NCBI GenBank assembly: GCA_051294375.1
Contig: CM119269.1
Span: 16,295,010-16,359,009, forward strand
DNA length: 64,000 nt
Direction of reading: 5' to 3'
Origin: Paraspadella gotoi
Taxonomy: Eukaryota; Animalia; Chaetognatha
Shown here: piece after piece, positions 52,061-64,000 of the stretch
Position numbering within the stretch: the stretch's first letter is position 1
Layout of the letters: each line of letters starts with the position of its first letter
The notes under the pieces: generated by a model
What the model saw: the letters and a program-made list of their open reading frames with translations, nothing else
The model's database searches: none
What the model was told of the DNA's origin: nothing
Position numbers and translations under genes: made by a program

Positions 52061-54621
52061 CTAGAAAATTCTTTCAGTTTTTTGTCTAATTCTGTTCTCT
52101 CCTCGTTTCCAGCTTCGTCTCAAGAAACGGAACCTCGCGCCGCCTCTGCGATTGTTCCCTGCGGTGGCGGCGGTGTCGGCAGCGGCGGCGTCAGCAGCTT
52201 CCGAGCCGCATCTCGCTCCGCCCACCCGTCATCCTCTTCCGCCTTTCCCTCGTCCTCCTCCTCCCCCTCTCCCTCTTCAGCCCACCGAAGCGTCCTCCCT
52301 TCCTCTCACTCACCCGCGGGTTACATCCCTCTTCGATCGCCGGGCGACGTCAGTCGATCCTCGGCCAGTTCACCGGGTAAGTTAGGGCTTTGGATCGAGG
52401 GTAAGTTACAAAAATAGCGGGAAAATGGGATTTGGAAAGGGGGTCTTGTTGTCGACGTAATAAAGTATTATCACATTTAGTAAAGGAAAACTATTTTGCG
52501 TAGCACAAAAGTACAATACTATATAATATACACAACCATACATTCATACGTATCTTATTCTTTTGTGTTTCATTTCAAAAAATGAAATTGAGTGTCTCAT
52601 TCTCATTTGCATATTGTAGAAATTTTTATTATTTCTCAAATAATTTTATTTAGTTTTTATAGAAATATTTTTTTTATTTTTTGGCTATATTTTAAATAAG
52701 GTTAGATAATGATTAAGTTTTCAAAATCACATTTAGAAATTTAATTGTAGATTTGCAAATGAAAGTGATACTACTTACTCTACTTCACCACCAGTTAGCC
52801 GAGGCGTTCGGTTTGGCGGAGCGACAACCACAGAATTCAATCCGGACGAAGTCTTTGAAGACGACGACTATGAAGAGGAGGAAGAGGAGGAGTTCGATGT
52901 TTCCGAGGAATCGGAGGACATCATTCGAGAGATGAATCTTTTTCCTTATCAGGTGTGAAAAGAAAAAAAGAAAGAAAGAAAGAAAGAAAGACGACGCGTG
53001 ACTGACAGACCAACATTATTCTCTTCCACCCACCAAGTGGCGAACCGGAGCGGAGAAAGGGAGCGATCCAATTCCAGCCCCGGATGTCATGTACAGAACG
53101 ACATACGGGACTAAGCTTCACGACGTCCTGCCGATCTCTTACGAAGAGTGAGTGAGACCTCTGGTTATTCACAGTGCAATCCTGCATTGTGAACAACGAC
53201 TGAGTGAAGAAGGACTCTGAATGATTGCAATTAAAATTCAACGAATTTCATTTTTCAAAAGTCGTGAATTTCCTCCTCACTAAGTCTTTCCTCATATGAC
53301 GAAATCAAGCGATTGATGTCCCTCCGTTTCCAGTTTCGCGCCCCGCCAGCGTCGAGGCGCCAAGTCGACCCCGGCTCAGCGCCGCGATTCGGCCAAATCC
53401 GCCCGTGACTTCGAATTCGGTGTCGGGACGAAGTCAGTCGCCGACTTTCGCGCCAAAGTTGAATCCGCGGGAGAATTCGATGAAAGGAACGGTGAGATAT
53501 CGATCATTGCAGGAAAAGGTTTTAAATTAATACATAGAACACATAATTACACATACTGTCTGAATGATAACTAAGTTTATTTTTAAAACAGACAAAAAGA
53601 CGATGAAAATTCCGCTGAAAAAACTGATGGACACGCAAATTGCACAAGAATCAATTCACCAAAATGGTAATATTTAGCATCTTTGAAAAATGAACCTATA
53701 ACGACAATTTTGTTCATATTCAAAGACAACTTGTTTCCAAATTTAATTATGTACAAATCGACTTCTTGCTTGGACGAACTAGAAGGGAAAGAAGAAGCGA
53801 ACGATCAACGGAACAAACTCGCAGGAAGAAACGGCTCGCTGTTTTCGAAGCTGCAAGTGAGCCCAGGACATAATATGTATAATAAATTGTTTTCCTAGTC
53901 TTTCTTCTTTTATTGTCGTTGATATTCACCGCCACAGCTGGCCACTTATCACGTGAAACGCGCCAACGCAGTCGCAGCTTTCAAAAACCGCAACAGGTCG
54001 AAGCTTTCCTCTTTCCCCGCGAGAGGCATGTCGAGACAAGGGAGTAGGGACAAAAGGACAAGCGGTAGGGACAAGACAGGCGCTAAGGACAGACCACTGA
54101 AGAGAGAATCCGTCAAGTATCATCCCGGTAAGAATTTAAAGGAGAGAGAATAGGTAGACTGACTGATCGATAAGGAAACCAGCGAGAAAGACAAAGATTT
54201 TAGGAAAAAAAGAAGAAAAAGAAAAATAGAAACAAACTCATGCAATTACGAACTGAAGGAATGAAAGAAATAAAAAAGAAAAAAAAAGAATAAAAAAATT
54301 AATTTAAAAACAGAAAGAAGGATAAAACGAAAGAAAAATTGTAATATCCCTATCGAAGGCGACATCCCCGTGCGAATCGTCTGCAGCCCTCCGTCGACCG
54401 CTCAGACGGGTAGCCCGATCAAGAGACCGGCGCCACGTGCCACACCTTCCGTAATCGCCTCGTCACCAACCGAAACGGCGCCGCTCACCGGAAAGAATCT
54501 GTCGCCGACGCCGGCCATCGACGCCGAAACAGTCGGCGCCGTTTTGAAAAAAGTCGAGAAATCCGGCGTCGAATTTTCGGCCTCTAAGGAGTCTTGAGGA
54601 GCCGTGAGGATTGAGGAGAGG

Positions 54622-54679
<58 letters not shown>

Positions 54680-55146
54680 AGATTGTATGGGTTTGGATTT
54701 GGTTTCTCTCTCGAATTCTCTCGTCTTTCTTCTATAATTTTCCTTCTCCAATCTGTTTTCATTCACTCTGCAATCTTTGACAATTTTTCCAATTTAAATT
54801 TAAAATTTTTTTTCAATTTTAGCTTCGCGAAGACACAACTCAGCCCGATCTTCCGAGTCTTACCTTCGATACGTCGCTTCCAAGAAACCGGAAGTTGAGT
54901 CAACTACGACGAGGACGACGACGACAAAGACGATGCCGACGTCGACAACCTCAGCTCAACAAGTATGAAGACCTTTAGGAATACACGATGTTAATAAATA
55001 CTTTTTTCACCTAAGATATTCTGTTTAAATTTTTGTTTGTCAGAGTCAAAAGCATGACGGCCCATTGGGCGTCGGCCGAAGCAACTCGCCGGCGTCGACG
55101 AAGGATAACGCTGTGAGTTGACGTGATTTGATAATCGTTGTTTTTA

Positions 55147-55177
<31 letters not shown>

Positions 55178-55419
55178 TTTAACTTTTAATGTATCTTGCT
55201 CTACTTTCCGACAGGAGTTGATGATGCTACTCAAAGACGGAGACAATCTCGAGTTGATGACCCAACAACGCCTCGCCATAGACGTTGTCAGGTTGATTTA
55301 TTGATTGATTGATTGAATGAATGAATGAATGAATGAATGAATGAATGAATGAATGAATGAATTAATGTATGAATGAATGAATGAATGAATGAATTAATGA
55401 ATTAATTAATTAATGAATT

Positions 55420-55489
<70 letters not shown>

Positions 55490-56294
55490 AATTAAATCAT
55501 TTGATTTATAATCGCTTCACATTCCTCCAGCGATTCGGATACCTCCATGAAAAAGACCTCGCCCGCAACGCCGGTGCCGACCCCGGCGGCGCCTACGACG
55601 CCGCTGCCGACCGCGGCGCATGCGCAACTATTCCTAGTTTCCGGCGCGAGATCGGCGGAGGAAATATCGTCGCTGAGGATTAATCAGTTCGAACCCAGGT
55701 GGAGCTGATGTGGAGCAAAATTCTGGAGTTTTGGGCCGGAGTAGGAGCGGGGGCGAGTCTTGCAGCGTGGAGTAAAGAATCCGAAGTTAATGGTGCGATA
55801 CCGAATAGAGTACGAAATGGAATTTTTTTACTGCACCTCGGAATTACACTACTGCGGTGACTCAAAAATAATAATTTAGAGAAAAATTCGAGACGTGTTT
55901 TTTTGTGAGAAGAGAAAACATATGTCAAAGTACAAAGACTTCGTCGTCGTCTTCGTTATTGTATTCGTCGTCGTCGTCGGCGTCGTCGTCTTTGTTCGAA
56001 TCATTTGAGCTCCCAAACTACAGCAAATTTATTTATTTTACTATCAATGACGAATAACTAAAAATCGAATTAATCCCCAGATTTAACCGCTCGGCCGGGG
56101 GACGCGTCCGAGGTTCTTTACGCGGCGGCGCAGGATCTCTGCTGGGGCGTCAACCCCAGCAGCAGCAGCCGCACCACCATCTCCAGCAGCATCACCGTCG
56201 GCCAGATTCTCGTCATCGAGATTCGAATCTTTGGGTCAAGAAACAAATCAACGTCGTTTTCTTCGATAAAGAGGAACCAATTGGAGAAGCTTGA
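48953..56294 (+). CDS. Large multi-exon low-complexity protein of unknown function (~19 exons, 5' end not found)
   Basis: A chain of GC-rich GT-AG exons joins in frame except for one stop/phase break at ~54595. Approximate exons: 48953-49351, 50361-50452, 50761-50784, 50950-51030, 51322-51450, 51768-51908, 52113-52376, 52795-52952, 53038-53147, 53334-53491, 53592-53666, 53726-53856, 53938-54127, 54359-54603, 54823-54962, 55044-55112, 55215-55291, 55531-55698, 56081-56294. Confidence 0.65.
49034..49043. other. Assembly gap (10 N)
   Basis: Run of N in the sequence. Confidence 1.
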
Positions 56295-56303
56295 AAGAAA
56301 GAG

Positions 56304-56366
<63 letters not shown>

Positions 56367-56975
56367 AGGAAAGAAGGAAAAGAAAGGAGGTAAAGGAATG
56401 AATAGAATTTTCTCTTTTGATCTAAAATAATGTTTTTGAATTATTATGTCTTTATTGTTCAAAATCAAACAGTCCAATACTGTTTTCTCAAGAGTCTCAA
56501 CAATCAGTCAATCCCTTTTATATCTTAAACTCTAAAAAAAATGTGTCAATTTATGCCTAATTTATGTTCCAGTTCTCTTTTTGAAAATATACATGCTTTA
56601 TTTGTAAGAATATCATTTTTTTAATTTGTATTGAATATTAAAACAGTCAACGAAAATGAAATAGAATAAAAAAAAAATTACTAGCCTTTTTAGAAAAGAA
56701 AACAAAGTGTTAGAAAGCTATGTCACAATTTTTTTAAATTTGTTTAATAGGCAGAAATCATCATTCGGTGCTACTCCAAGCCACTTCATTTACTTATTGA
56801 TAATATTTACACAAAAGTTAGCAAAAAGTAAACTTTTTTACAGCAATTATTTTTTTTTATTTGCTTAGGAGAGAGACAACAAAAACTAATATTTACAAAA
56901 TTCTATAAAGTTAGATGCATTTAAATTTATTCCCCAGCTCATTCTCATTCTCCGTTTTTCTTCTTAAGGAATCGA

Positions 56976-57736
56976 TCAGAATTTGTAAAATCTCGCTCCC
57001 GAAATACTCGTGGCGGGATAATCCGGATAGGGCGAGTCGAGCACCCTGATCCCCAAGCACTTGAACGATGATCCGTCGTCTTCGCGGTCGCAGTGGGCCG
57101 TCTGCGTCCCTCGATCGAAGGGGGCGTTCGTGGAGGAGCAAAGGATCGTCCAGGCGGACAGGGAGTTGCAAGACGCGTCGTTGCTGCCGACAAATTCCCA
57201 CTCGGTCGGGGCGCAGTATCCGTAATCCTCGCAGAATTTGTCCTTCCGACCGGTGAAGAAGGCGCGGCAGGGCTTGACCGCCGTCGCCAGAGACAGATAG
57301 ACCAAGTGAGGCAGGGTGATGATCCGATCCCCGGTCCCGGATTCGGACCGACCGCTCCACCAGAAGACGTCGTAACCCTTGAAGGCGTTTTCGGCGACGA
57401 AACGACCGGTGGTGTCGTAGATGGACGAGGCGCCATAGGTCGTGCTGAGGGGAAGGTCGAGCCTCGAACAGGCTGATGGAAGGGAATGTGAAAGGGGAAG
57501 ATTGATAGGAATATATAAAACTTGACCTTAGACTAAATCTTTTGTAACTTATCTTTTTCAACTTAGTAAAGTGAAAATTATCAAAAGCAGTTAATTTTTA
57601 AAGGAGTGATAGTATTTTAATATTTTAACGTGGATCATCTTTTTCACAATTAGTAAAGATAATCTTTACTTTTTGACAATGAAACGTCGACCAGGGCTGA
57701 CAATGTCAACGCCGTCAGCAGAAGAGGCCACATCAT
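56976..57736 (-). CDS. Secreted ~187-aa F5/8 type C (discoidin/galactose-binding-like) domain protein
   Basis: Exon 1 (57736-57670) is signal peptide MMWPLLLTALTLSALVDVSLSK. Exon 2 (57472-56976) has ASSIY..AENAFKG..WWS..LPHLVY..PTEWEFVGSND..WTIL..FKCLGIRV..ISGARFY; phase-1 junction. Confidence 0.75.
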
Positions 57737-58549
57737 GGCCACCGGAGAAGATGGACGAAAGTTCGACAAACGCCTTGCAGAGAGAGATGGTTACTGGTTA
57801 GTTCTTACATTAATTTTACAGTTAATACAAATATTTAAACGAGTTTTTTTTACGTTTAGGTTTTTTTTTTTTTCTTGTGGTATTGTTCACTCAAACGCCA
57901 CACCTTTCAGTGTTATTGAAACGAAATTCTTCCGACGAAATTTATCAATGCTTTTCTTAGTTTAGAAAAAGGCCAAACTCCAATAAATCGTGAAAAATAT
58001 TTCGCTGTTTAATTGATGCTTCATAAAAATCGTCTTTTTCGTCGCTTTCTTAAAAAAAAATAAAAAAACGCTGAGCTTGAAATACTTAAAAAATGAGAAA
58101 CTTAGCAATAGGACCTATATCATGACATTGCGTAATTTGCATCAGTTCAAGTGTTAGAAATAACAAGTAATAATATAATTTTTAAATATTTATAATTTCT
58201 TTATAATAATTAATATTACGCAACCCCCACCCCGCAAAAAAAAATAATCCGTCCGACTGGCAGGAGAGTTAATCCGGTTTTGAGGGTCTTAAGACGATAA
58301 AGAGAGATTTTATATCGATCTCTTCCCTACCACATTCAAATCAAATTTTACCCCACGCCACCGCCCGGCCCCCCCACGCCACCGATTGAAGATAAGGATG
58401 AAGTTGGCAAAGTATCTTTATAAAATGAATTTCGCATCTGAAATATATTTTCACAAGATTTTATCGTTCATTCTTTCGAATAGTGATGAGGTGATGATCT
58501 CGTTAAAAGACGCGGCGACAATGTACGGAAGAATAACGGCCTTAGGCTT

Positions 58550-58613
<64 letters not shown>

Positions 58614-59309
58614 GTTCCCTTCATAGTTCATACAGATCATCCGGATCATCATCATAACAGATCATCAGGATTTCTAGCTAATTAAACAAATACTACCGCA
58701 CTTGGCTATTCTTGTAATGCCAAAAACGATTTATTTAAATAGGGTGTTTATAATTGATACAGATAAAAGCATATAACAGGGCATGGATGAAAAAAAATGT
58801 TGGCTTTCTACAATTCGCAACTGCGATGACTACTTAACTACATAACGTTGATTATCGCTTTTTCACTTAACGTAAATGTTACAGTGAATTTCGATAATAT
58901 CAGACTGAAACGAAAAAATTCATAAGTTTTCCATCTACTAAAACTATAGGACTTTAGATTCTTTGAATATTAATTAAAAAATGCAAAATAAAAGATCTAA
59001 TTCTACAGTGTAATGATAATTATCTTCGAAATCCGCGGCATCACAGGTTTTACCGTTTTCTCGTCAACTAAAAAAAAAAATCCAGTCATTCAATCAATCG
59101 GAGTTTCTTTAGACGAACGCGTACTTTTCAAATATGCATCAATAAGTATACAATGTGCGAAGGCAAAAAAAAAAACAAAAAAAAACAAAAACTGTTTCAT
59201 CATTTATATCGAATCGCAGTTTTAAAACAATATCATCCAGCATCGCAAATCCCTCGTTAAACAGATCATTTTTGGTCGGTCCGTCCATCAGCAGTCCGTC
59301 GACTCGGTC

Positions 59310-62090
59310 TCAGTATTCGCGCCTCCGGAATCCGGCTTTGCCGAGACCGGATCCGCCCTCGTCGCCCTCGCGCAACACGTCGCCCTCCCCGGCGCCGGAC
59401 GCGTAGGAGAATTTGCTCGCGCCGGATTTTTGATTCCAACTTCGGCCGGGATCTGAAGGGGGCGGGGAAGAGAGAGGCGGGGGGAGTGGGTAAGGTGGGT
59501 GAGGGAAAGGAAAGTGAGCGACTGTGAATTATAGCGGATAGGATAGCGTCGTGTGATGGGAGAATGCGATGGGAATGTGGGTGGAAAGATAAACCAAATT
59601 GAGGAGTGCGGTGGCCCTTCAACGAGGGAACGCATAGAAAAGCCGTGTACTAATAAATCGAGATATTTCTTTTTCGGTATACTAATTATGCGGACTAGAA
59701 AAAAAATACGTGTTTATTATCATTCTCTCCGTATTTAATCATGCTAGGAATTTTATATAAAAAATGTCACGCTCTGGTGGTCCTATCACCACAGATGGAT
59801 TAAAGCTGTTTCTTTCGCAGCGCCTCTGTGGCTCAGTGGTCTAATGCACCATCCCAATGTGCGTCCCTGGTTCGAACCCCGAGGTTGTCATGTAGAAAGT
59901 GGGATGGACAGGGTAACCCGCCTGTAGGCATGACCCTACTGCCAGATCCAAAGCTCTGGACTACGAGAACAAGCTGTCTCGCTATCACCACGAGGTGACA
60001 CCGCTGTGGGTGTAACGCCCTGTAAAACCAGCCTCTTCAACGCTACTTTTATCATTTTTTTCATAAAATGAATCAAAAGATCGGCCGATCGATTCTGCTA
60101 AAGTTTCAAAAAAAAAAGAAAAACAGATCCACATGTATTGAGATCTATCATAAAAATATGTCTTAAACCGAGCATCCATAGTAACATACGTCAATTATTA
60201 ATGATTAAAATATCGGGGCGAGAATTTCCTGACCTCCGTGACCGAATTCGGTGAAGGCGTGATTCTCCCCGAAATTCGGTTTAAAGACGACTGACGACGA
60301 TGTCGACGACGACGATGTCGACGACGACGACGTTTGAAGAACATCACCTCGATTCGTTAATTTCTTTGTGCCTCCTGGAATTACAGTGATACCGGGTTGC
60401 GTCTACGCTAAAAAGAATCCTAGGTTTATTGACATGAATTAGTACGGTCGGGGGGTATACAAAATTCGGAAAATGAGATTGAATACTTTTTTTTCACTAC
60501 TATTTACTGAGAAAAGGCGTTTTTTAATGGGTTTTGTTAACAAAGATTATATTTTTTTTTTATTTAGAACAAATTTTGGTTACCGAATATTGTATTCCTT
60601 TAACGACACTAACATTTAACGGCTAAACTTCGGGGACAATTTTCGTAATCTACCAACGCCACATGGAAAGGACAATACATTTAACAACTACCAGTGACAC
60701 TACTACTAAATCCCGAGAATGGTGCGTATTCTGCCGACAAATAGACAGACCGAGAATTAGACAACTTAAAAGTTTTCATCTTGTAAAGCGAAACATAAAA
60801 AGATCTACCGCCGTTGGCGTTGGCGTCGTTTTCGTTGCCTCCGTCGCTTTTGTCTGAAGGAAATTTCGATTCACCCGTTTTCACTTTTATCTTTTGACAT
60901 TTATCACTGGCCCGGGGTTTTGTGAAACATATGCGACAGTCAGACAGGATTCTTATCACCCACCCGTTTTATATCAGATCTTCACTCACTCATTTCAAAT
61001 ACAAGAAAACAAAACTATACTAAAAAAAATTAAACTAAACTAAAATATAAACATTCGTCGCCACCTTTTAATCCTCCGTGACGGGAGTAATAGTTCTTGC
61101 CGACATTCAAGTTGAGATTGTCGGCCGCGACGGGCTGCTTCTCTCTCGGGGCGACCGACACGTTTTTCTTGATGCTCCAAACTTCATCGAGGTCAAAGTC
61201 GAATCCTGGGGAAATAGCGAGGAGCAGGGGACTTTATTTATGAAAAAAAAATTAAAAACTGTTTTTCTAATATAAAATTATATTAATTTTTTTTATTTAT
61301 TTTTAAATTTAATTCAATTTAGTCTAATGTAATGAAACAAATAATCTTGTAATTTTTCATAACTAAGTATTAAATATCTATTAATTCATATTTTTGCAAA
61401 TTTTCAAAATTTTCAAAAAACTTGTACAATTATAACTTTACGTCTCATGAAAAAAAAAAACTTTTAAATAACAAGAACCAAGACATAGAAGAAAGCATAG
61501 TATCGATAGTATTAATGATAGTGTTCCTGAAAAGTATAATGGCGTTCACCATTTGGAATGGATCTCCTTCTCGGCGGAAACTCGCTTTTCCTCCATACGT
61601 AATCTTCGTCATCTCCAAAGTTGGAACCTCTCCTTCCCCCTCCTCCTCCTCCTCCTCCTCCTCCTCCTCCTCCCGATCCTCCGCCGGGGTCTCGCGGTGA
61701 GTTCGGCCCGTGATACAAGAATTTTCGTGAGCCTGTGAAAATTGATAAAGGTTGAAGTTTATCGGACGCAAATATAATCCCCAGGAAAACTCGGTTTTTT
61801 TTTTTATTAAATAAAAAAATTAGTTATTGACTTTTATCGACGTTTTCGAGGGAAATCAGCGCAAATTACCGTCTAAAACTAACATTGACATGCTTAGATT
61901 TTTAAATATTTCAAAAATAGAAACTTCCATTCCTAAGTCAGTTTTAGAAATAGAAACGAGATTTTCGCGATCAAAGCCTGAGTTAATAGAAGAGTAAATA
62001 AACATGAAAACGGAGAAAGTAAAAATAGTCTTTACCGTCCAATTCTTGATCTAATAATCCCTTTTTGCCTTTTTGCTTTAACTTGGACAT
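59310..62090 (-). CDS. Uncharacterised Gly/Ser-rich protein, at least 235 aa, six exons (may extend further 5')
   Basis: Exons 62090-62036, 61732-61550, 61205-61065, 60853-60809, 60374-60234 and 59452-59310; all introns phase 1 GT-AG, no internal stops. Confidence 0.7.
59818..60050 (+). mobile_element. tRNA-derived SINE-like element
   Basis: TGGCTCAGTGGTCTAA (A box) and GGTTCGAACCC (B box), but no intact acceptor stem; followed by a non-tRNA body. Confidence 0.6.
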
Positions 62091-63566
62091 CGCTTTCGTA
62101 AAAATTATCGTTTTCTTTTTCAATTTTTTTTATTGGTTCTTTCGTTTATTTATTTAAAAAAATATTGTATGTGTGCCAAGATTTCGACGCCAATTATTCA
62201 TAGGTCGATCTATGACCAGGATAGGCGAAAGAGAGAGACGATTGTATAACGCGAAAAAAACATTCTCTTCCTCTCTTCGCGTCCGAGCGGTTCCATCGTC
62301 GTTTCACTTCGCGTGACGATCCGAGTGCAGGACAAAGTTTTTTTTTTATAAATATTTTTTATTTATATTTTTATCTTTTCAGATCTGTCGGTTCGATGCC
62401 CTTTTGTTCGCTCGATCCTTTTGAGCTCTTTTTGAATTTCTACGCGACTTCCCTCGAGTCTTTTTCTTCGATGATTTCTTATCTCGAAACGAGAGGGCCA
62501 GCCGACTTATTTCTTGCCATTTTATTAAAAAAAGATTTATTATTTAATTTTTCTTTGGCCAAAGCCACGTCCTCCTCGGGCGGCTAATGGTTCATTATTG
62601 AGTATTGAGCGAAAACAAGAGAGAACTCGACTAAAGATTTTCTTAATTTTTTTTTTCTTATTATGTCCGTGGCACGCTCTCCTTCTCTTTTTCTCTTCTC
62701 TCGCCTTTTTTATCTTTTTTTTTCTCGTTTTAATAGATTTTTTAAAATGTGTTTATCTGTACAGACGTTTCCTAAAAAACATTTTAAATACAGAACATCT
62801 ATATAGTTTAAAAACTTTAATCTTTCTTACTTTATATAATTTAACGATATACGAAAAAAAAAGCAATGCCTCATGCAAATGTCGTACTCGTAGCTAACGC
62901 TGAAACCCGATACTAAAACAACACAGTCTCTACCGAGATTGTTTTCATTGGCGCTCGCGTGCTAATGGCCATAGACTGGTCACCTTTCGAAAGACAAAGG
63001 TCGCGCGATGAATTTTAATCAACATTCAGCTTTTTTTTTTATTCTAGTGGGGGGAGTAAATGTCGAGAAAAATAATGAATTCTTTTCGTCGACGTCACTT
63101 TGAAGGAATAATGAATATTAGAGATTTAATTTAGTCGTGGATTCAGATTTAGATTTTTAAGGCCTTCTTACCATGATTATCCTCTTCGGGAGGTGATCGC
63201 ATCTTCCAAAAGTTCCATAGGATTACGCGTTACTATTTATAGAAAATTAAATTTTTGTGTGTTATAAAAACTTCAACAAGACGTATCAATTTCGAAAAAA
63301 ACTTGAATATACGTACATTGTACAATGTATAAAAAAAGTTAACAGAGGCACAAATTTCATAAATACTTGAAGAACAGGTGTGCAAAAATAAACGTAAGGC
63401 TCGAAGTAAAAGTGGTTTTTATTTTTTTTATTCCAGCAGAGATCATTGTCAGTAAACTCGGAGCGAAAAATTGTTCTTTAGCCCCCGAATATAGAAATGT
63501 AGAAACTTTGTTCCAAAACTAAAATAGATTGTTTTCAAAAAAATCGATAATTTTTACGTCGGAATC

Positions 63567-63708
<142 letters not shown>

Positions 63709-64000
63709 TTTCGGGTGCCAAGGCGCCATTGGTAAACAGCCTCGTTTCGGACACACAATGTACAGAGAGAAGAGGAGGCCGGGGAATTAAATGATGGGGT
63801 AGGCGGGATTTTTTAGGGGACGTAGAGAAATTGACCACTATGACCAGGGAATAGGCAATGGGGATCGTGCTCAAGCAAATAAGAATCTGGGAGAGACTGG
63901 CAATAGGAATTGAAAAATACTGGAGAAAGTCAAGCAGGGGAATGAATAAAATTGGCGGGATTGACAAGCCGACAAGACCTTTGATTTGGGCTGACAAGCC

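Noticed and set aside
59818-59890. Functional tRNA gene
   Set aside because: A and B boxes are present but the acceptor and anticodon stems do not pair; treated as a SINE head. The same applies to fragments near 33970, 42220 and 48170.

Overview
AT-rich eukaryotic genomic DNA with GC-richer exons, GT-AG introns, abundant (GA)n/(GAAA)n microsatellites and one 10-N gap. It is animal, most likely a protostome invertebrate. Gene models were spliced by hand: the 5' part of a CYP4-clan P450 (-), two divergent XK-related (Xkr) membrane proteins (+), a 2'-5' oligoadenylate synthetase-like NTase with an unassigned C-terminal extension (-), and glycogen synthase (+). Also present are a TXNDC5/ERp46-like PDI with SIX catalytic thioredoxin domains (+) whose 9.2-kb intron holds the second Xkr gene on the same strand, a small protein with MIP-like repeats (-), a divergent allatostatin-C-type neuropeptide precursor (+), a large low-complexity orphan (+), a secreted F5/8C-like protein (-) and an orphan built of phase-1 exons (-). 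Mobile DNA includes three related inverted-repeat elements carrying minimal hammerhead ribozyme motifs (Penelope-like), one forming a ~500-bp hairpin inside the OAS intron. There are also a Transib-like element with RSS-like ends, Tc1/mariner-type non-autonomous elements, Helentron/HINE-like repeats, tRNA-derived SINE-like elements and a CRE-type retrotransposon remnant. Several single-base frameshifts suggest residual assembly errors. All homology calls are by motif recognition, not database search.
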